A DNA stretch of 64,000 nucleotides from Trichinella spiralis (taxonomy: Eukaryota): positions 429,383 to 493,382 of the forward strand of contig NW_003526944.1 in assembly GCF_000181795.1 (NCBI RefSeq). Reading direction: 5' to 3'. The notes beneath the pieces were generated by a model. It had not been told where the DNA came from. It worked only from the letters and a program-made list of their open reading frames with translations, and searched no databases. This document shows, in pieces, positions 12,201 to 26,793 of this stretch. Position numbers and translations under genes: made by a program. Within the stretch, counting starts at the first letter, position 1. The number at the start of each line of letters is the position of its first letter.

Positions 12201-15200
12201 CACAATTTTAGCAATCTTCACATACATACACGCACGCACGCACAAGCGCAAAACATATCATAAAAATGATTTTTTATCAGTTCAATTTACGATGAATTAA
12301 TTTTCACATGTCAGTGGAATTAAAATCAAATATTATTCACACTCACTCACTTCTAATATATCATAAAGTCGATCATCCATCATCGTATATTCATAAAAAG
12401 GTACATTGTAGCTTTCTATTCCATCACAGAGACTAATTATTTGATCTAATGCCATGTACAATTGTCCAACAGCTTCTAAAAAAATAAAAATATCCCCATT
12501 CATTAAACATTCACTGAATTTTCTATGTTTTATTCTTTCATACAGCAAATCATTAATTTAAACGCCCAATTTACAAAATAAATAGTAGAACTCTTTTTGA
12601 GTTATTAAATGCAATTTAAATATTATCGTTTAAAGCTGAAATACAATTTTCTAATTGGATAGATAAATCAACTAGCAAAACAAATTGCATTTGTATTAAA
12701 TCTTCAAACATACTGCTGGAAGCATTTTGGTCATCGGAGCAATAATAAGGATCAACAATATCAATGCTGTCATCGTTTGTAGTAAAAGTCCACCGGGGAC
12801 TATTAACACACATTAAAATTCTATTCTAAATACAAAATAAAATAAATAAAACGATAACGTCAACGTCAACAACAACAAGAAGTTATATAACACACTTTTA
12901 TGGCTTCTAACTTATTAAATCGTTGCATAGCGGTAACAGTTTCGGTAAGATGAATTCTTTGAGCAACCATACCTTTATCCTAAAATGAAATTTTCAATAA
13001 ATGAAATTTAGAACGTTATTTTAATTTGACAAAAAGAAAAATGTTCACCTGAATCCAAGGATGGTTAAGAGCTTCTGGAGCGGTCATGCGGCGATGACGG
13101 TCAACTGTGAGCAATTTGATAACAAAGTCTTTAGCATAATCTGACACATAGTTCCAAGTTCTGTGCTGTGTCTACAGATGAAAAAATTTTTTTGATTTTA
13201 TTATTCTTTTCATCTCATGTAGAAGTCATCTCATTTTCTCATTGTAATAACATTTCACCATTAGAATGGAAAACTACCCCTGCGAAACTTAACTGAACAT
13301 TCCTTTTTTGAATTCAAAATTAGAAGATGCAGAAAAATTATTTGAAAAATTTCTTACCGTATACCTGCCGTTTGATATTAAATTGAAAATTTCTTCCGTC
13401 GAACCGTAAAATGGAAAACGTCCACAGAGTAGAACAAAAGCAACCACGCCAATGCTCCACATATCCACTGCACAGTTGTAATGCTCTCCGTCGACAACTT
13501 CAGGTGCCATGTACATCAACGATCCGATTTTGCTGCCTTGAATTCTTGCGTTGCAATCTGGAAGTTGCACTGCCAAATGGAAACCGCCCAATTTGACTGG
13601 CGACGAATTTTCTTTATTTGCCAATATTATGCATTTCAACCGAATATCCCGGTGAATGATGTCCCGTTCGTGGCAATAGTTCAAAGCGTTCAACAACTGA
13701 CGTAAATAATGACTGGCTACATGCTCACTGTAAACAAATCCTGCCGCTGCTCTTTCAACAATTTCCAAACACAAATTTCTGCCTTCCATGCTAAACTGTG
13801 CGAAATTTTTAAAACTGAATTGACAAATAAATAACACTATTAAAAAAATATATATATATTTATTTACGTTATTCAGAATATAACATTTTACAATCCATCA
13901 CTGTTTATATTGCCTTGGACAACAAAAGCTTTGCTTGCATTATTCGAATATTAAAATTTAAATTCTCATAAAATCTTATGCAATCTTCCAAAATCAGTAC
14001 AATAACTTACAATTCATAAATAATATAAAAAGAGTCATTCAACTGGTATGTGTCCACTAAACCGATAATGTATGGATGCTTCAGACCGCAACATATTTGA
14101 ACTTCTCTCTTTAAATCTAAAATAACCATTGCAAATAGGCATGAAACAACAATAATAAACAACGATTAAATTGTTCAGATTGATGTTTTCAGTTCACCAA
14201 AGAGTTTTCTAATAGATTTCTAGGAAATTATTATCGCACGTTTACCTTGGAAGCAAATTCTGCATTCACACACAATTTTTAGAATTTTAATAAGATTACA
14301 TTGAAAATAAAATACACAACAGTAAAAAAAACAAATTCAGACCTTCTATTGAAAATCCAGGGCGACAGGCACGTTTCTTTAAGTTCACCACTTTCACAGC
14401 AAATGATTGAAAAGTGCCCCTGCTGAGGACACGGTATAAAACGGAAGTCGCATTTCTAAAAAAATAAATTAATATTAAAGAAAACACATTTTTCATCTAA
14501 ACTAAATAATACAAGAAAAATGTAGCAATAATGAATGCCCATTTATTTTCCTGTTTAATCAGCAAACATCAACATAGCAAAAAAGTAAAAAAGCTGACAA
14601 ATCTAACTTGGTAACTAAATAAATGTTTGTTTACAACTTTATGCTAATGCGCACACCATAAACAAACAAATGGCAACAACGAATGCAATGAATCAATAAT
14701 TGCAGTTCAATAATCGATGCTCTCTCCAAAATAATACTGATTAAATTGCTTGTATTATTGAATTAATAGCAATAATTTTCACGCATGAACGTATAATTTC
14801 AAAATAAGCAGCCCCTTTGCCCAAACAGCGTAAAGTGGAATATCAAAAGTTAACCATCAAAGTCAGGATGATCGTGTTTTGCGATTCATCGAACATCAAA
14901 TTTCAAACTGGTTAACAAACATGCTGTCGTCTAATTTGCTTGTTTCGAAACAATTTCTCATCTCCCGCTTTAATTTTTCAATTGTGCAATTATTCAATTG
15001 CATTTCATAGAGCCAAACGACGAACAAAGCGATACGACTTTTCCATTTCCGTCAATTTAAACCCTCCACTTGTTTCAAAATCTTTTCAAGGGCACACACA
15101 TGATACAACGACATGCTTCAAATGTTCCGCAGAATGCATGCAATTATGACTTACTGTATTATAAAGATTGTCAAGTATGTTAATTATTTTATTACTTTTG

Positions 15201-15593
15201 TTCTGGTAATTGCATTGTTTCTATCGAACTATTTGATCAGAAAGATTAATTTTACCATTTATAAAATGAAAATTTTTTAAACAGGATAATTCTTAAAGTG
15301 TTAGAAAAATATTTTTCATTACGGTTCGAAGTGCTTGTTCAAAGAGAAACAATCATTCAATGGAATTAAGAGAAGAAAAAAATATTTTCAAAAATAAAAT
15401 AAAATAAAATGAAATGAAAAACTGAATCAGTACCACTCGAGTGCTACCTTTCAATAATTCCCTGTATATCGTAAGGAAGGCAGTCCAAGCTGTCAGCATG
15501 TATGGCGCCAGTGGATGTGATTGGCAGGTTTGAACAAACAGAATTCGATTTCAGATGATTCTGGTGCAAATGATTATTCGTAGAATTGAGCAT
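9202..15593 (-). CDS. lin-2: CASK/LIN-2 MAGUK (CaMK-like pseudokinase, L27 region, PDZ, SH3, guanylate kinase)
   Basis: Kinase: [64 protein letters not shown] ... [14 protein letters not shown]3: DDHNWWQA ... [32 protein letters not shown] ... QWVPVSWVY*. The start at ATG 15593 is predicted: there is an in-frame stop upstream and a phase-2 join [16 protein letters not shown]. Confidence 0.93.
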
Positions 15594-17580
15594 CCTGTCT
15601 GCAGTGAGTATATTGCATCGGTTTTCGAGTTCGACCCAATCTTGACCAGTGGTCAACGAACGGTCTGGTAGTTACGCAGGTGCAGTTCCGTTTATTGCGT
15701 GATACAGCTTTTGTAGAGGCGTTTGACGTCTGCCAGTAAAAAAGTGCTTGTCTATGAATAAGAAAGATATAGATATATTTTTAATAAGAAGACAAAAAAA
15801 GGAAAAGAGTAGCATAAATGTCAATAAATTATGGATGTTAATTGTAATCAACAACAACAAGTAACAAACTGAACTGAAGTGATCAGACACACCCATAACT
15901 AGAATTAAATGCCGAAGTTTTTGATAAAATGAAAAAAAATAGGTCACAAACTGTAGCGAAATGAAAGTAGAAAAGCAGCGACAATGAAAAACAGATTAGC
16001 AACAAGTGAACAACAAAAACAGTGAAACATCGACCGTAACACCTTAACAATGACGTAGTCGGTGAACGTTTGAACAACAAACAAGCAAGCTATTTTGCTG
16101 GTGATATCAAAATAAGAGGCATGTAAAGTGAAATGCAGTCATCATCTGTTGCTTTCAAAAAATTTAAATATTTTCAAGCATAATTGATGAAAAAGTAATT
16201 GGTAAATAGATTATGATGATTCAAGTAGATCATTGATAATAAAATTGTAATAATTGTTAATTGGAGTTACGAACAACAAGAGATGAGAAGACAACAACAA
16301 ATAAATAATTAAAAAGTGGAGTTTTGACATGATTCGAGCTAGAAACGTGCACAAAGCATGAACAAGAGAAAGTGTATGAAATTTCCTGAGCGCAAATTTC
16401 ATTTCAACAAAAGCGGCGTTTGATCAACAAGATGAACAACCAACCATGAAAATGACAATGGAAAGCTTATATACGGATGACAAATGGTTGTAAAAGCGCG
16501 GATGACAACTGAGCTTCACTTTACCACTTGCTTCTTCCTATGCACTTTGTTGGTGACTTCCCCCTTCTCATTCTTTCTCTTGTTCACTCACATCTCGTCA
16601 CATCTTTTTCTCAATTCTTCCTATTCACTGGCTAACTCTTCTTATTTGTTATTTATGACGAGTGGCTGTCGATAAGCTGGCACATCAGTTATCAGGCCTC
16701 GTCGATTTCCCTTGATGCGCTTTTCAGCTGCTTGATAAGCAAGCAAAGCTAAGAAGAACGCAAAAATAGCAGTTGTTCGTCGTCGTTGGTGGAAAATATT
16801 GCAAAATTCAAGAACAAACGACGAACAAGATCACAATTCAACCGTTTGACATTTATGAAAAGAATAAAAGAAGAAAATACACACACAAAAAAAATTAAAC
16901 TTAATTTAAATTCCCAAATCAGCAATTCATACAAGAATATAGGATAACTGAAATGAATCAACAACTTACAAATGGGTACTCGTTGACATTCATAAAGTCC
17001 ACAAGCTATATTGTAGTGGAACCGAAAAAAAGCTTCGCTACAAAAGCTGACTCAGCTGTGAAAAGCATGGTCAGTTGTGCAGAAAAGCGGTTGCCAGCCA
17101 ATGTGGTGAAAATCAATAAATAATGCTAGCGGAAGTCTAACATTTTTAATCGATCCGCTTCTGGCAGCAGCTTCAGCAGTACGAATACGATCAATTTTTG
17201 CGCATCAATTTATACGACGATTGCCTTAAGGCAAAGCATACTGAAGAAATACTAAGCCGGTGGTTCCTCTGATAAGCCTTGAACAAACAAACATTCACTA
17301 CTCAGATGAAATATAGCCCTTGCACTCAGTATTCGTCTGATTGAATAACAAACAGAAAAGTCTATTTGGAAAATTGGAACATTCATTGGAAGAAAATAAA
17401 ATAAATTAATCTGCTCAACACGAGGTACAAAATCATAGAATTTAAGCTTCTTTGACCAACGCATTATTGAATAATGCGTGAAAGCTGTTAATTAATATAC
17501 AAGCAATGTACTGTTTATTCTCAACTCGTCCAAATTTGAATATCAAATTTTAACTTCAAATACACTGAATTGCACTTACG

Positions 17581-17586
17581 CACACA

Positions 17587-17636
<50 letters not shown>
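17581..17636. repeat. (CA)n(TA)n microsatellite
   Basis: Directly visible. Confidence 0.95.
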
Positions 17637-19266
17637 ACTTATGGTTAAGTTAAATGTATTTTTTTAACGTAATATAATTGCATGTGTAAAAGTAAAATTT
17701 ATACCGCTATGTAACACACGACCAAAATTTTGCTTATCAACTGACACTTTTGGAAAAATATGAACAAATTCTTGGCAATGTTTGTTGCTTGATTTTCAAC
17801 AGCCAATCCAGTAAATAGAAGCAGTGAATTGTGCGCAATTCAGATGGGCGGAGTTTGTTTACATGAATCGAGCAAGCTGTGAACATTTAGCAAATCGCAT
17901 TTCGTTTTTAGTCAACAAAAAAGACCACATTTTGTGCAAAACACAATGCAACCAACAACCACCGTAATCAAAACTGATCAAACACTTGCCATAGTACAAA
18001 AGAATAAATAATTTGCAAAGATAAATAAGATCAACATCGAGGTTATAAATTTGTCTCAAAATTGTTTCAACTATTATCATCAAATGTTATATAAAAGTGT
18101 TGCCACACTGAAGTGTAAAAAAATATTGTACATTTTTAACGTAAGTCTATTTAGTTTATCAACAAATAAGTCAAATTTAGTAAGTAAACTTATCATAAAT
18201 ATTTTGATGCTGAAAAATTTATCAAATCAAATCAAATCAGATCAGATCAGATCAATCAACCGACAAATGAATCCCTCTAGCTGTTCACTGTTGATTGGCT
18301 GCTCAAAATAACAAAACGTTACAAATTAGTCAACTTATGTTAGACAGGAAGTTTTTCTCAGCACAGCTTATTTAAATGTCAAATATTTATCATACGAACT
18401 ACTATTTTATTCAAACTGAAATAAATCGTTAAATTTTCCTATTTAAATTTAGCATTTATTTAATTTGTGATTACTTTTATTTTTTATTAATGTCAAGTCC
18501 TTTTTAATTAAAAAACTGAACATTTCCTAGAACTCTTTATTATTTTCAACTACAGTAATACAACTTTTGAGTTTTCCATCGAAAAAAAAACATTTACCTT
18601 ATTTCTCTTCTATGTACAGTAATCTAAACATGATGATTACGGTCTTGTAAAAAGAATGCAAATACACATGCAATTAAGCGATAATCTAAGATAAAACAAA
18701 ACAGTACTTTAACACTTGAAATTATTTCATACAAGAAAACTGTGCTTACTTGTTGCAAAACATAATTTACGTTGGTTCATGAAAAATGCAGTGTCTAAAA
18801 ACGGCTTGAATAAAGCAAACATTGGCACGACGAATGCAAGCTCTTTTTATCATTTCAGTAAACGAAATTGTCAATGCTCCTTTTATTGCTTTTACTTCTC
18901 TTTAAGCTGAAGTTAACGGTTAAGTACTATAAGTTGAAGAACAACAGCATTTGTTTCAATACTTCATACTTGGTAGTGTGATGGGCTTTCTTTTTCAATA
19001 AATTCCACAGTAAACAACAAATTTTTCATGCATTTCATGTAAAATAACTGCAGAGGTATAGAAAAGCATGTTACTTTATCAAGTATGCTTGTTGTAAAAC
19101 TGCTGTAAGCAGTAACAAAAGCATCCAAGAAGAAAAAAAAGAATTTTATCAATCAAAAATATTTATTTGTTTCAAGCATAGGACAAAAGTCAAGTTCAAA
19201 ACGTAAGACATTACAGGAGCAAAGTTAAAAGCCTGAATATTCGCAGCATTGAAAAAGTATTTTATC

Positions 19267-19392
19267 AGTAGTAGTCATAGTAATAGTAATAGTAATAGTA
19301 ATAGTAGTAGTGGTAGTAGTAGTAGTAGTAGTAATAATAATAATAATAATAATAATAGTAGTTTTATACGTGCTGCTGCTGCTGCTGCTGCT
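19267..19392. repeat. Compound (TAG/TAA/CTG)n microsatellite in the PRL 3' UTR
   Basis: Directly visible, ending about 25 nt past the PRL stop codon. Confidence 0.9.
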
Positions 19393-19415
19393 TTTTTCAC
19401 ATCGACTGAGACTGC

Positions 19416-21433
19416 TTACATGATGACACATTCGCGTTCTCGTTTTCCATTTCTAAAACGCTTCAGTTCTCCAGATGACTTATACTTTTCCAAATAATAC
19501 AACTGCTTTTGATTAATCGCTCCTCTTCGATTTCTAAAGTGAACGCACATTTTTACATAACAGAAAATAATGAAAATTCAAAATAAATAAATAAATAAAT
19601 AATTGAATCAATAAATTTAATGCAATTCACTTACTGTCGAATTAGATCAACCGCATCCTCGAACTGCAAACCTGCTTCCATTAATGCAAGTGCAACCAAA
19701 ACCGGAGCGCTGAACAAAAATTATTTCATTTTATTTGACAAACAAAAAATTATTTGACTTATTTAGGAAAATTATACATGTAAAATATATTTATTTGTTT
19801 ATATAAATAAAAAAACGTGAAACTTACCGGCCCAATCCAGCAACACAATGAACTGCAATACAAGTGCCTGGTTCGGCAACAAAACGCTCTTTCAAAAGTT
19901 CTATCCATCTATCTCGAATCTCCTTCGGGGGTGACATACCGTCCGGAAATTCCCAATCCTAAAATAATTTTAAAAAAGCATAATAAGCATATGCAGAATA
20001 AAAATGAAAGTAATCAATAACTTACTATAACTTCAATACCATGTTGCTTCAACTCTTCTACAGAATAAGTCGGCTCACATACGCGCACAACAATGTGAAC
20101 TTGGTGTCGTTTCAGTTCCTAAAATTATGATCATATTTAATCTATAATATATATATATATATATATATCTCAAAAGTACTTTTTAAAAATCTAAATTTAA
20201 TCCATAAATAAATATCAGCAAAAGCTAGTTGAACACATTAATTAATGAATCAATAATAAATCCATCTATTTTAGAAGAATGTTTAGAACGTTGATTAAAA
20301 GAAAACTCGAAAAAGCTCTTCTATTTTTCAGCATTAATGTGAAAAATCATAAACTAACACATCTGTCACAAGATCCTACTCGAAGAATAATTTTTAAAAT
20401 GTAACAAAAATGTTTTCATAACTTTTTAGTTTAAAAATAAATAATCAAATAAACGAATAAAAAAGAGGAAAAGGAAAAAAACCACCACGGTTGAAAGTAA
20501 TGATACCTCATCTCGTTTACTTTTTTTAATCAACGCCTCCTTTCCCTTTTCATTCTTTATTATTATCATTATTATTTTTTCAATTTTTATTGTTAAATTA
20601 ATTGACTTGCACATCTGATAGAGAAATAAGAAACGAATGAATGACAAGTGGTGACGCAAGACACGTATGTTGTGGATGCAGCGAGGTAAACGGTAAAACA
20701 ACGAATATACACTGATCAGATGCAAATTAATCATTGCAATCAAAAGAACATTACTGTATAACTAACTACTATTGGTGGTAATGAATGACGATGATGACAG
20801 ACAATGATGCTTCTGAACGTCGAATACAAAGTTGTTGTGTGCAAGTTATGGCAACATTGAAGATCGATCGATGCCAATCGGCGAAAAATCAATCCTGACC
20901 AACCGACGTTGCAAAGTTGAAAAAGCAGAAGTTTGAAAAATTGATAAAAGAAACAAAAGACAGGCGCAGCCAAAAGGGCAACCATATTAAATAGACTATC
21001 CGATGATCTTGGAAGATTCTAAAACGTCGACACCAACGTTTTCAACTTTCCGACTCACTCAAACAAATAAATGTATGCATCAATAACACTGCAATGCAAC
21101 AACGATCAAACAGATCTTGCATCCCAGATCGCAACATGTTTTTCTTGACTTCTTCTTCACTTGTTGCATTCATCATCATCATCATCATCATCATCACCAT
21201 CATTGCTTTGCCTTTTGCAAACAATAGCAAAATGGTCTCCCTCCCAAATATCGTATACTTGCAATAAAATATACAATTACCTCTAAAAATTGTCCCATAG
21301 TTGCATCCGAGGGACGGTCAGTGATCAAAAAACGCATGTGTCCGTAAGATATTTCTGCCGGAGCTGGTTTGTAATAGTTATTCGGTGGAGTAGCGCGATG
21401 ATTTGAGTTTGACAAAATACTGCTGCGAGCCAT
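19416..21433 (-). CDS. prl-1: Prenylated protein tyrosine phosphatase PRL/PTP4A (5 coding exons)
   Basis: [43 protein letters not shown], active site [30 protein letters not shown], polybasic tail and CaaX box CVIM*. Confidence 0.96.
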
Positions 21434-21885
21434 TGTTAATCAGATAAAAAAGCCAAACTACAATAAAAAAAAGAAGTACAAGAAATAATGCAAATAATTA
21501 AATATAGAAAAATACTATATATGTATATATATATATCACATATCGTGTATATTCAAAACTTACCAAAGACGCAGTAATGAGAGGAAAAAGTCGTTCACAA
21601 AAATAACAGTACTTGCAATGGCAAAATGCTGCACTAATATAGATCGATTTCCACACCACACAGTAGTAGACAAATACTGCGAGATTAAATGGAGAAACAA
21701 TGAATTAACTATACGGTAACCTTGAAAGTAGGAGACAAAAAAACAGACAATGCAGCAGAAAAACAAAGAGAGTGTAGCTAGCTTCTTTGTTCTAGATGTC
21801 CGTCAGAACGGCAATGACGTGATGAGTTGTATATTCTGTGAACCGAATGGGCTAAGGGACAAAAATGTACACAACAGGTCAAGGT

Positions 21886-22148
21886 CTATTTGGCGTGCTG
21901 TGCTTCACAAATTTCTCCACCGAACCTGCTCAGCGCAAAAACACCGTTCAGCATTACAACTTTACGCAGGACGAGCTTAATGTTAGAAAATGTCGATAAA
22001 ACCTAAAAACAAAAGTAACGTCAGTGTATTGCAATCAATTGCAGCACAAAACGCAAATCCATTATTAACAATGCAATAATGATCATCTTTTGTTCCTTTT
22101 CAAATTTTACTATTCATTTCTTTATGCAAATGCAAAAACTTTTCAAAG

Positions 22149-22193
<45 letters not shown>

Positions 22194-24110
22194 TAGTGTA
22201 TATATTTTCCGCTGCACACGGCATTATTTAAGGTTTCAGTTATAACTGAAATTCTGTGAATGAAAAAGCTGTTGTTGACTATGACGCACTAAAAAAAGTC
22301 GACTTTAATTCTCATCTTGCTGACGTCTTTCTTTTCTGCTATTTTCTTTCTTTTTTAATCACTAGTCTACAACTGAATGCCAATATTTAGCCCTGAACAA
22401 TAACCAACACTGTAAATGAAATCAAAAACTAACTCTTATAAATTGAATAAAAATCAGAACTCAAATAAATTTCACGCGCTGAATCTCAACTGACTCATCA
22501 CTTTGTACACAATATTACAAAATATTTCAAAACAAAAAAACACCACATATATATATATATATATATGCACCATAATATTCAATGATTTCATGTCCAACTG
22601 CACAATAAAACCATTCTGCTTCTTCTGAACAGAAAGAACACAATATAACTTAAATAATGAAATACATATCTATCTCATGATGAGTTTCAATTTCAACGTT
22701 TCATTGTTGTTAACATGAAAAGTTAATTAAGTTGATTTCATAAACATAAATTGACAAAAACCCAAGAATAGCATCTGATATTATTTCAAATACAAAAAAC
22801 GGACTAAAATATAACTGTAAATAAATCAGATAACTTAAAATATTCAAAGCAATAAAAAGGGAAAGAAAATGCAGGCTTGGGTTCACAAACTACTAAATTT
22901 AGAACAACTGAACATCACTGAATTGCATAAATTAATACATGAACATCAGAAAATACCGTGAAATTACAATATCCCTTTTCCATATAAATGACAAAACAAA
23001 TATTTTCTGTATGTAACGTGCATTTGGTCCAAATAAACAACTGCTGACAATCATTCGCTACAGACTCCCGTGCCTATTACAACCCATCGATACTGTTTAT
23101 GTCAAATTATTATACTTGGTCATTGTTAACGGCAAAGTCACAATCAATGACAAATGCGACAAACAATTTTTCCATTTTTTAAAGCAACAATATCTTCAAC
23201 TGAAAGTAGAAAGTGTCGTGCAGAATTTTTATAAAATTAGAACAAAAGTGAAAAGCCGAAAAACAAATAAATAAAACAACACACCTTGCAACTATTGTTC
23301 GCGGCAATTCCCAGTGCATTAAATATACAAACGTAGAAAATGCTAGAACTAACCTGTCCCATGTCCGGATTGTTTCGACTGTTTCCTTCGCGTTGTGCTA
23401 TACCACTGAACCGGACAATACCAAACTCAAAGAGCTGTTAAACTTTAAACCAGTTACATAAAATTATGCAAAAGGTTTTCAACGTAAGCTAACTGAACTA
23501 GCTGCAGTTGATAAATACTGACAAAATTATAAAAAAATTGAAACATGGTGAGGTGCTTAAAAACGTTCAACAATTGACTATGTCATAAATAACCATGAAT
23601 TCTTTTGAAATGAATCAACTAATACAGTCTGATAACCGTCATTAATTGAACTAGCTACACAAGCTAAGAAGAAGAAATTAGAAATTATGAAAATTGTAAG
23701 TGAAATGTAAATTTAGTAAATAAACATATTACGATTAGAAAAAAATAATAAAATACGATCAATATGTGATATGTCAGGAAAATAGAATTTCATTAACTGA
23801 ATAACAACAGTAATTTCTGTTAAATATAAATGGATCATTTCAACAAACGCGAATGTGAAAAAAGAAGCAAAAAAAGTAACTGACTTTATAAATTAGTGAA
23901 AAGCAGCACAGTAATTATGATGGACAAAAGCGAAACGACGTCGTCATCGGTTAAGTTCATCAGTAAACAAACAACACGCGGACGCTTCAGAAAAGTATCA
24001 ATAAAATAAAGACGATAAAGATATCGTCCGAATCAATCGAGGCGGCAAAATTAATAATCACCTGAAGCAAGGCAAAGAATATTATCGCTTACCGAACTAT
24101 CTGGGCTCAT
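21886..24110 (-). other. Predicted spliced upstream ORF (71 aa; 41- and 22-aa forms from internal ATGs) in the PRL 5' leader
   Basis: Exons 24110-24093, 23434-23354 and 22002-21886 join in phase 0 through GTAAGC and GTTAGT donors and yAG acceptors. The leader continues to the donor at ~21563 and acceptor at ~21458, ahead of the main ATG at 21433. Confidence 0.5.
22150..22192. repeat. (CA)n(TA)n microsatellite
   Basis: Directly visible. Confidence 0.9.
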
Positions 24111-26793
24111 CGATGTGTACGCGCAAACCAAATTTCGGACAACACCGAAATTGATTATGGAAAATTTTTGCCTTTCAAAGACGTGTCGAAAGTTCTGACT
24201 ACGCAGAACAACACCGCAAAGTGCTATGCCGTCACTCAACAGCAGTGACGCCACACAATCTACAGACCCCCAAACTCAAAATTTGAATGTCAGGTTGTAT
24301 TGAACAAACAGGTACCGTAATAAAATAGTCAGATTCGAATATTTGCACTTTTATAAAAGGATAAGATAAAATAAAATAAAGTATTTTAAAAATAAAAAAC
24401 ATAAAATAAAAAATCGATTTTCAGAATTTTTTGGAATCAATTTTTTCATTTTTTTATCCTAAGAAGATGCAATTGATGTGCTTTTTGTTGTTATTGATTG
24501 AAGAATTGCGTCTGTTGTGTAATTAAAAATTTTGCTCAACACTGCGTCCATAGTAACAGTGAAAAATTTCATCGCCCGAAGAAACTGTTATCATTTTTCA
24601 CACTTTTTCATTCATTATCATTATTCACGTGAACTGCTGCTGCTTAGCCATGTGACGCAACGGTTGAAAACCGAAAAATCACTGATGAATTTCAATAGAG
24701 TTTTTTGGTTAATGCATAACAGCTATATTGTATTAATTGCAGAAATGCCATTTGTATCTGAAAAGTTTTCCACTTTAAGTCTGTTTTGCTTGTTTCAAAC
24801 GAATGCTACAGCAGTTACAGTAATAAAAATGCTATTCAGGTTGTTTTAGCAGCACAGCTGCGCTAATGCAAGAAGAGCTTCTTGACGAAAACACTCTCTG
24901 ACGATGAAAATGCAGTCAGTCAAACGTAACGTGACATGTGTCAAAACTTCGTTTAAAGAATTTTTCAAATAGCTCTAATTATGATGTATTTTCTTATTTC
25001 TGATTTTGAACACGTTCAATTTTTAAACTTTGAATGAATTTCAAGCAAAATTGAAAAAAGAATAAAATAAAAACAAATTACTTACTTTCAAAAAATTATA
25101 CAAAAAATGCAGCAACGTCAGTTTGTAGTGGTATTTGTTTTATGGGACAGCAAAAATTGAAAATGCAATACTGTTTAACAGGAAAAACAGTATTGATATG
25201 CAACAGAGAAACACGACACAGACAGACAAGCACGAAGTGACCGTTCAGGCTGACGGAAATATTACGTATTGTGCAAATTTTCCCAATCAGTCAGGGTCAG
25301 TCGAATAATATCCAAAAACAAATCTGCAAGTTTGGCGTCCAATAAGATTCTATCCAATTGTCTCTGACGTGCGGATATGTAACCTCTATTTTTATAGGTC
25401 AAACATTCACGATTGTTTAATCATGTCGGTCAAGTCAGCTAATACTACAGACGCCGGTCGGGCGACTTAATCGATTTTGCCTCAGATTGTACAATATTCC
25501 ATGCCCACACACCGAATTAGATTGCTTCAATAGAATGTTAACCCCATTTTGCGCCAGCAGATTATAACTTCTAGAGATAAGTTATATTTTGCAATTATTA
25601 TTATTTCTGAATAATAAAATATGTACTTATTTATTTAGGCTGTAATAAAGTGAAAGAAGTATTTGTGAAAAATAAAGTTTTAAAAATCAATGAACTTCCA
25701 TTTACCGAGTGACCGATAATATGATAATTACCTTCTGCAATGTTAATTGGTGTAATTCGATGCCAAAGCGCAACAAACAACTAGCATAAGTTGTATTCAG
25801 AATTTCGAACAAAGAAAGCAACATATCCTCGTATAAAGTACGGATTACACTAAGCCTGGGATTAACGTCTGCACACGATTGCTTAATTACAGTAAAAATT
25901 GTTGAATTTTCTGACACATATCTGGAATATTGATCATTTCAATTCTAGAAGCCTGCCACTTCTTCATATACCGTGTTGTTCGCGTCAACTGAGATGACAA
26001 ACAAAAAGAACAGACAAGCATTGTTCAATATGAAAAAAGAATTACAGCTAATTTACAAATAGCAAGTAGCATGATATTTGTCAACCATGTGCTTAATATT
26101 CTACTACTGAATTATTATAAAGAATTACAACATTATAAAGAATATTAATACATAGAAATTGTTAGAAAAAGTTTAACAGTTTTCAGAAATACTAAAGAAA
26201 CCAACAATTTGTACTGTGTAAAAATTTAAAGTAACAAAGCTGAAATTTTCATAATAATAATAATAATAATAATATAAAATTGATAAAAGCTTCATTTGAC
26301 TCGCCTGCCTGTGTGTAATGTTTCTTTGGAAAACTTTGCAAAATGCTTCAACTTTCACAATCTCTTTCTTTATTAATGCAGATGTGAAGCTGTTGCAGTT
26401 GAACAACAACAAACAATACTTTTTCCAGCAGTGTGCGTATGTGTGTGTGTGTGTGTGTGTTGTGTTGTGTATGCGACGAGAAAAATTAAACGTTTCCATA
26501 GCTGTGCATCATGTTCGACAGCTCATTCAAAAAATTTTCTCTGCATGGCGTGCTTTGTTGCTTCAGAAAAAAAACCAACTTGTTCCGTAACAATAGAGCT
26601 TTAATCAGCTACAGCTGTACGGTAAGCTGGTGTGACACAGCTGAAGTTTAAACTTCCTACAGTAAAAATCAAACAAACAAAACGACTCTGATCAGTTATC
26701 TATTTACGTACGAAATGAATGTTAAAGCTATGTCTGAAAAAAGAGGAAAGGAAAAGATAGAAAAGAAATGGAAATAAAACGAAAAATATATGC

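Noticed and set aside
19225..19497. Poly-S/N/A and poly-I/T ORFs
   Set aside because: They are translations of the microsatellite in the PRL 3' UTR.
25435..25917. Possible two-exon small gene between SULF and PRL
   Set aside because: It can be spliced in frame, but it starts at GTG with a stop just upstream, has competing donors and shows no homology. It is more likely UTR or non-coding.
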